A stretch of 64,000 bases of DNA from Octopus vulgaris. Taxonomy: Eukaryota. The translations under genes were made by a program, and so were the position numbers. The notes beneath the pieces are model-generated. The model made no database searches and was not told where the DNA came from. It worked only from the letters and a program-made list of their open reading frames with translations. Position 1 is the first letter of the stretch, and every line of letters starts with the position of its first letter. Below are positions 38,401 to 50,644 of this stretch, one piece after another. The stretch lies in contig CATOCA020000002.1 in NCBI GenBank assembly GCA_951406725.2, forward strand, positions 186,001 through 250,000, in the 5' to 3' direction.

Positions 38401-38982
38401 GTCTGTAACTCCTCCTCCCTCTCATCAAATTTCTTGATGAGGATGTCCCTAAATCTCTGACCATGTGAAGGGTTCTTTAGCTTCCAAATCCTTCTTTTCT
38501 GTATTGGTCTGCTCCTTGGTATCTTTCTGGCCTCAAGCCTAAAGTCACTAATGACTAACCTATGCTGAGGGGTACATTCTTTACCTGGGAGGGTCTTTGT
38601 ATTTAAGAGCAACCCTTCGTCCCGCTGTCTGGTGAGGATGAAATCTATTTGGCTAGCAGAGTCCCCTGACTGATAGGTTAGAAGGTGGCTGTCTGGCTTC
38701 CTGAAGTTAGTGTTGCAGATTAAAAGGTTACATGTATCACAGAATTCCAGTAGTCTAGTTCCCTCATCGTTTCGGGTGCCAATACCATGGCCACCGTGTA
38801 CCCCAGTGAAGATACCCGATTCCTGCCCAACATGCCCATTAAAGTCGCCAGCCACAAAGATGAGGTTATTGCCACTCGTCTTTGAGGTAGCCTGTAGAAG
38901 GGTATCATAAAAGTGGTCCTTCTGATCATTTGGTAACCCCACATGTGGGGCATAGGTAGAGATAATTGTAGCTGTGCCATTA
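35469..38982 (-). mobile_element. Near-complete RTE LINE (APE, RT, PHD-like Cys cluster, 3' UTR minisatellite), frameshifted
   Basis: ORFs 38283-38942 (GDFNGHVG, SQIDFIL, QHRLV), 37210-37818 and 36441-37337 (HQGSALSP, YADD). Confidence 0.93.
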
Positions 38983-39299
38983 TATATATATATATATAAA
39001 TATATATATATAAATAGATGGGTGTATTTTTACCTTATTAACAATTAACACGGGAAAAATAAATAAATAGTTACCAGGGTAGCAAAAATCTCACAAGTAA
39101 AGATGTTGTAACTCCTTGTTTATAAAGGTAGAAACTTTGTGTTTACGTGGATATATTTTGAATAATATATGAATAAATAAATGGAGTTTAACGCTGGTGT
39201 AAATCGAATATTTTTACTTTCGACACATGTTTCGAAAATTCCACTGATACTATTCAAAAGAATAAATGGTATAAACAATGCAATCTTCTTGTTTATGTG

Positions 39300-41490
39300 G
39301 TAAAGTCTGCAAGAACTGCCATGGCCTAAAGATCCACCAAGCGAAAATGAAGTGCCAGTTGGGACAAAGGTGTCCAACCTGGTGAGATACAGGAGGAGCA
39401 AGGCCTGGAGTCAACCCATAGTTCCTGGAACTGCCAATTGGTGGAAACTAATCCCCTGAGCATCAAATCTGACTGGAGGTGGATCAAATGACCAGCAGCT
39501 AACATGACCTCACTGTGGAAGCAGTTCGATGATGATGCCGACCAAATTCTAGAGGCAGTGGTAAAGGGAAAGGCTGACAAGAGGCAAGAAGCTATGGCAA
39601 CAATCATTGTGAACTTTGTAGCCAGATGATTTGGCAAGGAGGAGAAGAGAAGCTTACTCAAAGAATCAAAGAGTTGTTAGGATCCATGACATCAGGCAGG
39701 ATATGAAGGCACTGAAGTCTCAATACAAAGAAGGCTAGAGATGAGGAAGGTATTGGCTAATGTGTAGCCTACAGAAAAATATCAGGGTTCTCTGCCAAGC
39801 TGAATGGCACTGAAGGTGATGCTGTGAGAGGGCGCACAAGTGTGCTGCCTTTATTGCTAACCCCTTCAAGTTCACTAAGGATTTGTTAGGGCAGAAGTGC
39901 AGTGGTAAACTAGCCTCCTCAGAGGAAGACATAGACCAGCATCTGAACCATATGTATAGTGATCCCGCAAGAGAGCATGAGTTGGGAGACCACCCCGCTG
40001 AACCAGAGGTGGAGTTTGACATGACAGAACTGCAGCTAAAGGAAGTCAGGGAGGTTGTCTGCAGAGCAAGGGCAAGCTCTGCTCCAGGACCGAGTGGCAC
40101 TTCATACAAAGTATATAAGAACTGTCCCAAACTTCTGCTGCATCTGTGGAATATCTTGTGAGTTTCCTGGAGAAGAGGGAGGATCCCAAAATAATGGATA
40201 GTAGCTGAGGGGTGTGTGGATCCTGAAGGACGAAAACTCCACCCAGATAGACCAACCAATTTTGCATCATATCCCTGCTGTGTGCGGAGGCAAAGATCTT
40301 CTTCAGCATTGTTTCCAAATGGCTGTGTGCCTGCCTGGGTCAAAACACCTACATTGATACATCTGTCCAGAAGGGTGGCATTTTGAGAATGCCAGGCTAT
40401 CTGGAGCATACCAGTGTGGTATTCAAGAGGCAAGAGAGAACAGGGGTAACCTGCCTGTGCCTGGCAAATGCATTCGGTTCAATTCCACACAAGCTGGTTC
40501 AGCTCACGTGACAAAACATCATGTCCCCAGCAGGTATAGAGACCTCATCCCTGATTACTACACCAATTTCAGGATGAGGGTCCCTTTTGGAGCAATAACA
40601 TCACGCAGGCACAAGGTGGAAATTAGCTTCATCACAGGGTGCACTATCTCTGAGACACTATTCTCCCTATCCATGAACATGCTTACCAAGTCTGCTGAGT
40701 CAGAGTGCAGAGGGTCCCAATCGAAATCCGGACAAAGGCAACCACCCATTAGGGCGTTCATGGATGACCTCACAGTCATGACAGAATCAGCCCTAGGCTG
40801 CCAGTGGATTCTGCAGGGACTCAAAAAGATGATGGAGTGAGCTCAGATGCATTTCAAACCAACCCAAATCAAGATCTATGGTGCTGCGGAAAGGAAAGGT
40901 GGAGGACAAGTTCTGGTTTAACATCACAGGAACAGCCATTCCAACAATCACAGAGAAACCAGTCAAGAGCCTAGGCAAGATTTTCAACAGCTCATCGAGA
41001 GATACTACATCTATGTAGTCAGCTTGCATTGAGTTGGATGGCTGGCTGAAATCCGTGGTCAAGTCAGGCCCACTCGAGAAGTTCAAAGCCTGGGTCTACC
41101 ATCGCGGCATTCTTCCCAGAATCCCTCTTGTCCATGCAGTCCCCATCTCAACAGTAAGACCTTAGAGATGAGGGTCAGCAACCACCTCTGGAGATGGCTT
41201 GGAATATCAAGAAGCCTGAGCAGCATCGTACTCTACGGCAACACCATCAAATTGCAGTTGCCCTTCAAATCATTGGAAGAGGAATTCAAGGTGGCAAGAG
41301 CCAGAGAAGTGGTAAAGTACAGGGACTCTTGTGATTCGAAGGTGGCTTAAGCAGGGATCCAAGTGAGGACTGGCAGGAAGTGGAGAGCAGAATATGCAGT
41401 TAAAGAGGCAGAGGCAAGGCTGCACCAAAGGAGACTTGTGGGAGTGGTCACATGGGACAGAACTGGACCAGGCTCCTTTCCAACTCCCCA
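39300..41490 (+). mobile_element. Degenerate early-branching non-LTR retrotransposon, Hero/R2-like RT
   Basis: ASSAPGPSGTSYKVYKNCPKLL, IDTSVQKGG, AFGSIPH, ITGCTIS, RAFMDDLTV, SLEEEFKV, RTGRKW. Confidence 0.8.
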
Positions 41491-41749
41491 AACAAACATA
41501 TACACACACACAATGCACACACACACACACACGTGCACACACACAACGCACACACACACATACAACCCACACAACACTCACACAACATACATATATATAA
41601 TGCATGCGCGTGCGTGCCGCGTATGTATGTGGTCAATGCCTGCTAGTGTGCCCTATGTGCCGATGCGTGCATGTGACCGCCTGCATGATATGTTGAGAGT
41701 GTGCACGTGTCCTTGTGTGCTTGCTCTGGATGTGTGCCTAGGGGGTATG

Positions 41750-44100
41750 TTAGAGTATGTTTAGTTGTGGTCTGTATTTTTGAATAAGATTACTTTCCCT
41801 ATTTATTCGTGTTTGGTCTGTGGTGTTGTCCGAGCATTGGTATAGTGGGAAGACTAAGAATTTGGGGGACTTATTGTGTGCACAAAGGTCTAAGTGTCCA
41901 CTTAGTGGTATCTGTCTTGTGGAGGGGTCCCTCAGTTGTTGTTGGTGAACTGTCATTCTTTCTCTGAGGGTAAGGCTCGTTTGCCCTATGTAGTCTTCGT
42001 GGCATCCTTCACACCTTATGACGTAGAGTAAATTTTTTGATGCGCATGTGAAATTATTTTTTATGATGAATGTGTGTCCCGACCGGAACTTGTACGTCGA
42101 TCCCTCAATGAGGTGGATGCAAGTCCTGCAGTTGGGGCGACCACATTTTTTGATGGTGGGCGGTGGGTTTGTGTTGTGTAATTTTGCGTTGTTGAGGAGG
42201 TTTTTTAGGGATTTAGGTTGTCTCTTAGTTTTTATTATTTTATGAGCTGCCAGTAATTTTTTCAGGTGTGGGTCTTGATTTAGTTGTGGAATGTTGTTGT
42301 ATATAATAGTGTAAGCTTCTGCATTCCTTGGGTTGTGTGTTGAGAGATAGGGGAGGCTATTTACTGTACTGTGGATGTGTTTAGGTTTTTGTAGGTCTTG
42401 AGTGTTGATTGATTTGGCCTGTTCTATTCCGTTGTCTACTAGTGATGCCGGGTAATGTCTTTCGAGAAGAATTGCCCTTAGTTCCCGGAGTCTTCTATTT
42501 CATGTTGTGTCATTTGAGACAATTGTGCAGATTCTTCTCGCTAGGTTGAAGGGGATATTTGTCTTTGTGTGTTTTGGGTGATTGGAGGTGAATAGAAGGT
42601 ATTGTTTAGAGTCAGTGGGTTTGTAATGGATGTCAGTTTCAATGTTGACGCCTTTTTTAATGATTAGAATGTCAAGAAAAGGGAGTTGGTCCTGACTATA
42701 TTCCATTGTGAATTGAATGTTGTTATTTACACTGTTGATAAGGTTTTTGAAGTCTATAAGTTGGTCGAGTGTGTGGGACCATAGGATGAGGCAATCATCT
42801 AAGTAGCGTTTCCAGTTCTCCAACAGGTATTTGTGGAAAGACTGGCTGTACTTATATTTGGATTTTTCATAGATATGTGATTCCAGGTAGGCCATCACCA
42901 GGTTTGCATAGGTAGGTGCAACTTTCGTACCCATTGCAGTTCCTGAAACCTGTCTGTAAGTGTTGTTATTGAAATACATGAAGTTGTTTTGCAGAATAAA
43001 TTTGAGGCCCTCAATTATGAATTCTTTTTTTATTCTTTCCGGGATCTCATTGGGATATTTATCCAGCCAGAATTTAATGGCTTCCAGTCCATATTCATGT
43101 GGGATTGTGGTGTAAAGATTAATTACATCAAAGGAAACGATTAAAGTGTCTTTATCGGTATGTTTGGGGAGATGATTTAATAGGTCCAGGTCATCTCTTA
43201 CAATACTTGGAATGTGTTTCAGTATTGGTTTTAGGATGATATCTATAAAGTTGCTAAGTCTGTGTGTTTCACAACTTGGGCCTGCCACTATTGGTCTCAG
43301 TTTGAGATCAGTGGGATGTGGTATAGTGATGCAGGTTGAAGTGGACTTTTTGCAAGCTTCTGTGATAATTTGACTCTTGTGTATTTTTGGAAGCCCATAG
43401 AGTGTGCTGGTTTTGCAATTAAAGTTTGTAATGTAGTCGCATTCCTTTGCTGTTAAGTCATTCCGGTGTTGGTAAATGAGTGCCTTCAGTTTGGTCATTG
43501 TTTTGGATTGCTGGTAGTCGACTACTCTTTCATAGTATGTGGTATCCTCTAAAAGGAGAGATACAGAGTTTTTATACTGCTCAGTATTCATAATAACGAC
43601 CGTACTACCCTTATCAGCTTCCTTTATTGTGACGTCATGATTGTCTCGTAGCGTATGGATGATTTCCCATTCTCTTTTACTGGTGTTGGGTTTGGGTTTA
43701 GGTTGTGGGAGTTCACCATAAGGGAAGTTTGAGATGTAATCGCAAAATTTGTCTAAGGTTTTGTTTTTGCCTTTTACGGGATTATAGCTGCTTTTGTTAC
43801 GGACCATTGATTCGTCGTTATTATTAGTTTCCTTGTCAAAGAATTCCTCTGTGAGTCGTAATTTTCTGCAAAAGTGTGAGATGTCATCCTGTATTTCCCT
43901 CAGGTTAGGGTATTGCGGAGTTGGGGTGAATTTTAGTCCTCTTGAAAGGATTTTTATTTGTGGTGTTGACAGGTTTAGGTTAGAAAGATTCACTATTTTT
44001 GGTTTTTCGGGGTTGGTATCTACCATCTGGTGTCGTGGAAACTGATGCCCTTGCCTAAAAAAGGAATCCTGGGGGTTCTTCTATCTGCGGTATTTTGCTG
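41750..44100 (-). mobile_element. Young Neptune-like PLE; RT + GIY-YIG ORF of about 758 codons broken by one TGA at 42500-42502
   Basis: LSRGLKFTP, EADKG, YGLPKIHK, RPIV, GTAMG, RYLDD; in-frame continuation KCGRPNCRTC, LLYVIRC, YIGQT, H...H. Confidence 0.93.
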
Positions 44101-44109
44101 TATGTGATT

Positions 44110-44258
44110 ATATATACATGTAATGTGGCAATTTGCAACAACCAATAATTAACGCAACCAAACTTCCATATGTTACTTTTGACAATCTTTTTCCAAAGAG
44201 TGAAACCGGTTAAGTAAATAAACATCTTTTAAATTGCATTTTCAAACCTTCTTTCGTA
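44110..44258 (+). repeat. Pseudo-LTR end copy with variant hammerhead (44173-44217); duplicate of 45484-45632
   Basis: ttactt TTGACAA tcttt ttcc aaaga gt GAAA ccgg TT aagtaa. Confidence 0.65.
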
Positions 44259-44269
44259 TATATATATAT

Positions 44270-44307
<38 letters not shown>

Positions 44308-45099
44308 TTATCGTCCGTTTTCCATGCTAGCATGGGTTGCTAGCACGGTTCAACTGGGGTTTGTGAAGCCGGAAGGCTGCATCAGGCCCAGTCAGATCTG
44401 TTGTGTGTGTGTATATTATGTGTGTGTGTTGTGTGTGTGTGTGGTGTCTGTGTGTATGATGTGTGTGTGTGTGTGTGTATATGTATATGTAGTGTGTGTG
44501 TATGGCCCGCACAGACACGTAGACGGGCACGCGCACACATGCGCGCGGGCACGCATACATACACACACCATCCTACCTCAAAAAATTCTTTAAACAACAC
44601 ACATCTATTTTCGCCACCCTGGAACCAATCAAAAACAGCCCCCACACACACGCAGACGCTTGTATACGTGTATGTGCACGCACACAGGGACACACACACT
44701 CACACCAATCTCACCTCCATGCAGGCACATATATACACACGCAGCACCATGCCAAATGCCATCCACACTCATGCATGCGTACACACGCACGCACACGCGC
44801 ACACACACACACGCACGCACACACAACACCATGACAACCACACACACTTGACAAACAGACGCCATCTGACCAGATACTACAGACACACAGACACATCTAT
44901 TCACACCACATGTATATGTATGCATGCACACATACGCGCAGAGACACACATATTCACCTCATCCTAACCCCAAAATCATTGATGCTTGAAGGAAAGCCAA
45001 AAAAAGAAAAAAACGAGTACATCTTTTTCAATTCCACATCTCTGCTAAAACGGACAGGTCAGTAAACAATCTCGCCACTACATTGATATAAATCTTAAT

Positions 45100-45630
45100 G
45101 TAAAATTTTTTTGAATTCATAATATTCTGTACTGAACTTTTTTTGATATTTCCTCCTAGAAATTACCCTGAGATGTATAATATATTTGTTTTAATCTTTT
45201 CTGCCCATTGTTTCAAATATTCTCATCATACTGTTGTACTTTTTTATGTCCTAAACATGTCCCTGTTACCAAAGACTGTATATATACATGTAATGTGGCA
45301 ATTATGAAAATTTTTTTGAATTCATAATATTCTGTACTGAACTTTTTTTGATATTTCCTCCTGGAAATTACCCTGAGATGTATAATATATTTGTTTTAAT
45401 CTTTTCTGCCCATTTTTTCAAATATTCTCATCATACTGTTGTACTTTTTTATGTCCTTAACATGTCCCTGTTACCAAAGACTGTATATATACATGTAATG
45501 TGGCAATTTGCAACAACCAATAATTAACGCAACCAAACTTCCATATGTTACTTTTGACAATCTTTTTCCAAAGAGTGAAACCGGTTAAGTAAATAAACAT
45601 CTTTTAAATTGCATTTTCAAACCTTCTTTC

Positions 45631-45632
<2 letters not shown>
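45100..45632 (+). repeat. Pseudo-LTR with ~205 bp tandem duplication and variant hammerhead (45548-45592)
   Basis: About 45100-45303 is repeated at about 45307-45508. Confidence 0.7.
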
Positions 45633-45662
<30 letters not shown>

Positions 45663-45666
<4 letters not shown>

Positions 45667-46055
45667 TCATCATCATAATCATCATTTAGCGTCCGTTTTC
45701 CATGCTAGCATGGGTTGGACGGTTCAACTGGGGTCTGTGAAGCTGGAGGGCTGCATCAGGCCCAGTCAGATCTGGCAGTGTTTCTACGGCTGGATGCCCT
45801 TCCTAACGCCAACCACTCCGTGAGTGTAGTGGGTGCTTTTTACGTGTCACCCGCACAGGTGCCAGACGAAGCTGGCAAACGGACACGAACGGATGGTGCT
45901 TTTACGTGCCACCGGCACGGGGGCCGGGCGAGGCTGACAACGGACACGAACGGATGGTGCTTTTACATGCCAGGCGAGGCTGGCAATGGACACGAACGGA
46001 TGGTGCTTTTACGTGCCACCAGCACGGGGGCCAGGGGAGGCTGGCAGCAGACACG
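45663..46055 (-). mobile_element. RTE 3' end
   Basis: (cat)n tail plus minisatellite units. Confidence 0.85.
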
Positions 46056-46074
46056 ATACACACATATATATATA

Positions 46075-46398
46075 CAGTTGCGGCCAAAATGTTCAGAATG
46101 ACATAAGTTTTCGCCAGAAAAGTAGGTATAAGTTTTTATCAAAGTTGTTTTATATTCTATAATTTTCACACACAATAAATACGATAGTAATTGTTATTGT
46201 CTGAGATTTTGGTGTAATTTGAGAGGATAATACAAAAGTTATGGATGATTTAGTGATTACACTAAAATCTCAGACAATAACAATTAATATCGTATTTATT
46301 GTCTGTGAAAATTATAGAACATAAAACAACTTTAATAAAAACTTATTCCTACATTTCTGGTGAAAACAATGCCGTTCTGAACATTTTGGCCGCAACTG
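46075..46398. mobile_element. MITE derived from the Tc1 family at 49578-50564
   Basis: TA|CAGTTGCGGCCAAAATGTTCAGAA ... TTCTGAACATTTTGGCCGCAACTG|TA; consists almost entirely of the two TIRs. Confidence 0.92.
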
Positions 46399-46437
46399 TA
46401 TATATACATATATATATACATATACTATATATACATA

Positions 46438-46485
<48 letters not shown>

Positions 46486-46499
46486 TATGTAGATATATA

Positions 46500-46897
46500 T
46501 CCTCATCATCCTCATCATCGTTTAGCGTCCGCTTTCCATGCTGGCATGGGTTGGATGGTACAACTGGGAAGCCAGAAGGCTGCACCAGGCCCAGTCTGAT
46601 CTGGCAATGTTTCTACAGCTGGATGCCCTTCCTAACGCCAACCACTCCATGAGTGTTGTGGGTGCTTTTTACATGCCACTGGCACAGGTGCCAGACGAGG
46701 CTGGCAATCGACCACGATCGGATAGTGCTTTTTACGTGCCACCGGCACGGAAGCCAGTCGGGGCAGCTCTGGCAACGGCCACGTTCAGATGGTTCTCTTA
46801 TGTGCCACTGGCACTGGTATCACAGCTACAATTTTCATTGATGTTGATCGATTTTAATTTTTGATTTTGATTTTCACTTGCCTCAACAGGTCTTCAT
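46500..46897 (-). mobile_element. RTE 3' end
   Basis: Same tail and UTR as 23370-23830. Confidence 0.85.
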
Positions 46898-46937
46898 ATA
46901 TATATACTGTAAATATATATATATATATATACATACT

Positions 46938-47685
46938 ATGTCATTTAACGCCTTCCATCCGGCCCTTACTCTCCGTGAGATCTCCTTTTTGATATCTCGG
47001 CACATATTCACTTCCTGTCCCTGGTAGACATATTCCTTTACCTCCTCTATTTCATCACTGCCGATCACCATTCGACCTGTTGGTACGTTGTCTGACCGCA
47101 TGAACTTCGTCTTCATGCAGTTCATCTTGAGACCTACTGCAGAACTTTTGATATCGAGCTCCGTCAGCATAGTCTGAAGCTGATCCGTGGTTATGCTCAA
47201 GGGAAGGTTGGACAGGACCACCCACACCAACCTCATCAACAGTACAGTTCTACCTGCAATATTATATGGTAGTGAAACATGGGCTACAACAAAGTGAAAA
47301 GAGCAGAGACTGGTAACGGCTCAAAGAGCCATAGAAAGGTCAATGCTTGGTATCTCGAGAGAGCACATCAGTAGCGAGATCATCAGAAAGAAGTCCGGCA
47401 TGAGGGATGTCATCGCAGAGTATACACGCAGCAAGTTTAGATGGGCTGAACACATCGCCTGGCTCACCGCTAATCAGTGGACTCGTGCAGTTGTCGAGTG
47501 GTACCCGCGCAAGCGGAAACGACCACTCGGAATGCCTCCACGGCAGTGGAGTTATGATTTCAGGAGGACGATTGTGATCATGTGGATGAGAAAGGCGTGA
47601 TCCAGAGAGGAGTGGACAGCGTGCTGTGACCAGCAGTGTCAAATGGACGCCCAATGGACTGGTTGGTGAAGATGATCGAGGTGAT
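46938..47685 (+). mobile_element. Second RTE family, 3' end with 5' inversion (minus 46938-47190, plus 47193-47685)
   Basis: Minus: VGLKMNCMKTKFM...RRVRAGWKALND; plus: LKGRLDRT...VLPAILYGSETW...WAEHIA. Confidence 0.85.
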
Positions 47686-47699
47686 ATATACTATGTGTA

Positions 47700-49575
47700 T
47701 ATATATTTTTTAGGGAATAATAATTCTGGCATAACAGAGGTTCAAATTATTCTCAATGAAGAAATATATTTTAATTTAGAGATAGTATATACCCCTACTT
47801 TTCACCAAATAAAAAGAATTTTTATTTTTACTTTAAATACCTACTGTTTTAGTACTTGGCAACACGTGTTTCATGAGGTACATCCTCGGGTTCTTAAACC
47901 ACTCCGTGTTTCCCTGGAACCCCTCTCAAGATGCAACCCCAATCATCAGGCCCTTATATAACTTTATCAACGTTCAATACAATAAACTATATTTTAATTT
48001 ATAAATCCCATAAATATGTGCAAAATAAGTATGTTTAAATTAGGTATGTTTAGTTTCGCTGGACTCTACAGTACAAGCCATAATTCAGATAAAAATTCAA
48101 ATAAAGATAAAAAGTTACAGAAATAAAAGTTACACGAATAAAGTAAGGAATAAAAATCACAAAAAAATATACGTAAATTTACAAAAACTATGTTAGTTAT
48201 ATATAGTGTTCCAAATAAAATTAAATTTACAAATACTATGTTAATAATATATAAAAAATGTGAACAGAAATAATGAAAGTAATACGAATAAAAGTAAATA
48301 CAAGTAACAATAAAAATAAAAATAAAAATAAAGAGCTCATAAGCTGAAACTGGAAAAATCAAAATCAAAATCAAAATCAATAAAAATAAACGGGATGGCA
48401 AGGAAAATATACACGAATAAAAGTTAATAAACATGGAGGCAATTACGAAAAGATAATTTCAAATAAAAGTTCTAATACGAACTGCAAAATTTCAAGTGAT
48501 ACGAATGGTAACTTTTTTTTAAAATTTACAAAGTAAAATAAAATAAAATAAATATAACTTGATGGTAAAGTAAGGAAAATATGCAATTCACTGATAGCTC
48601 CATTATCCTACAACATCCTAATTATGGCCCAACATTGCAAAGTCCAGTGAAGTACTCACACCCTATTCCCTGCTACTTTAAAATCTTATTTAATTAACAT
48701 ATTGTCTAAATAGTAAAACATAGTTCATGAAGCTTAAAAAATGCATCATGGGAATATTGCTTTCTTTATTTTGTATAATTCCGTATTATTCTGCCCATTC
48801 AATCACTCATTAGTTATTATTCATCCCCCCATCTAATGGTAAGTTTTTATTTCTATTAAAAAATTATATAATTATAGTATTAACAATACTTACGCTAAAA
48901 TTTAGGGTTATGCGTTATTAATAAGGCATTTTAGTCTATGTTTACATTTAATTTTACGTTCATCCTGAGCATTAAGAAGTTCTGTTTTAGCCTATAATAT
49001 CGCCATGAATTCATGGGTACATAATAAACATGACCTATTTCCTATTCTATAAGAATAGCTTTACATATTATCTCCCACTTTAATTCATAATTAATTTCTT
49101 TCATTTTTAAACTCCAAACGTATTTACTTAGTCCTGTAGAATTCCTAAGTTTCTTATTTTTACATGAATTCAAGTGCTGTGCTATTCGCTGTTTAATTTT
49201 ATTCGAAGTCAAACCTATGTACATTCTATCTGGGTATTTTTCAATATCTGTATTATTTATACCACTATTTTCATTCCCATCTCCTTTTACCAAAACCACA
49301 CATTTATATACTACATCACTAACATTACATCTTCCATTAAATTGGCTTTTATCTCTACAGGTACAACTATTATGGTCTCTATAACTCCTATTCATATCCT
49401 TATTTAATTTGTCATGGTAATATTTATTCAACCTATGCTTATTAATTGATGATATAATATTCCCTACGTTATTAGTCGTTGAGTACCCCACTCCTATATT
49501 ATTTTTAGAGAGTATTTTGATATATTTTTTATTTTCCATAATAAACGATTCAATTGTGTTAGTAATATCTTTACT
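47700..49575 (-). mobile_element. Naiad-like PLE 3' part with pseudo-LTR
   Basis: ORF 49042-49539: CTCRDK, VVYKC, YIGLT...KQRI, STGLSKYVW. Confidence 0.88.
47858..47952 (-). ncRNA. Type-I hammerhead ribozyme
   Basis: ggc CTGATGA ttggggttgcatc...gatgtacctcat GAAA cacgtg TT gcc. Confidence 0.75.
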
Positions 49576-49577
49576 GA

Positions 49578-50564
49578 TTTATCTCGAAAAACTGTGTCTC
49601 GTCGTTTAGTTGAACATGATCTACAAGCAAGATCACCTGCAGTGAAGCCACTGATCAGCTCCAAGAATAAAAAGTGTCATCTTACCTTTGCAACCGAACA
49701 TGTGTTGTGGTCTCAAGAAAAATGGCAAATGGTGCATTTCAGTGATGAATCTAAGTTTATGTTATTTGGCTCAAATGGGAAAAGGTACGTTAATCGAAAA
49801 GTAGGTGAAAAATTGTCGCCTAAATGCCTTAAGACTAGTATTAAATTTGGTGGATGAAGTGTCATGGTTTGGGGGATGATATCTGGAGATGGTGTGGGCC
49901 CTTTGGTGCGATTACATGGAAAGGTAAATGCAGGAGTTTATAAACAACTTGTAAAAGATCATGTCTTGCCTGTGCTGAGAAATTCAACTAAGCGACCACC
50001 TATATTCATGCAGGACAATGCCCCATGTCACAAGGTGGTCATGAACTTCCTCAAGGCTGAAAAGGTTATTGTTATGGATTGGCCTGCTCAAAGCCCAGAT
50101 CTCAATCCTATTGAAAATGTGTGGAATATTCTAGGAGAACGTTTGAAAGCCAGAAATCCTAAAACAAGTGAGCAATTATGGAATGCCCTTCGAGAAGAAT
50201 GGAATAAGATCACCCAGCAAGAAATTGAAAATTTAATTTCCTCATGCAGTCGAAGATGTCAAAGTGTGATTGAAGCTAAAGGGCTTCACACTAAATATTA
50301 AATAATTCCAGTATTCTCTGTCATTTTTTATTATTTTGTTATTTTTTCAACCGTTCTGATCATTTTGGCCACCATGGGTTCTGCAGTAAATCACTAAATC
50401 ATCCATAACTTTTGTATTATCCTCTCAAATTACACTAAAACCTCAGACAATAACAATTAATATCGTATTTATTGTCTGTGAAAATTATAAAACAATTTTG
50501 ATAAAAACTTATACCTACTTTTCTGACAAAAACAATGCCATTCTGAACATTTTGGCCGCAACTG
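49578..50564 (+). mobile_element. 5'-truncated Tc1 transposon (DDE transposase with one stop) and 3' IR-DR type TIR
   Basis: HFSDESKF, KFGG*SVMVWG, FMQDNAPCH, SPDLNPIENVW; inner repeat ttctgatcattttggcc (about 50353) and outer ttctgaacattttggccgcaactg|TA. Confidence 0.93.
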
Positions 50565-50644
50565 TATAATCCACTCGCGGAGTGGTTGGCGTTAGGAAGG
50601 GCATCCAGCCGTAGAAACTCTGCCAGATCAGACTGGAGCCTGGA

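Noticed and set aside
42500-42502. In-frame TGA as selenocysteine or readthrough
   Set aside because: Not at a conserved Cys position; CpG decay of CGA is simpler
50010-50115. Apparent DD32E spacing suggesting a new Tc1 subfamily
   Set aside because: More simply a two-codon deletion in a dead DD34E copy
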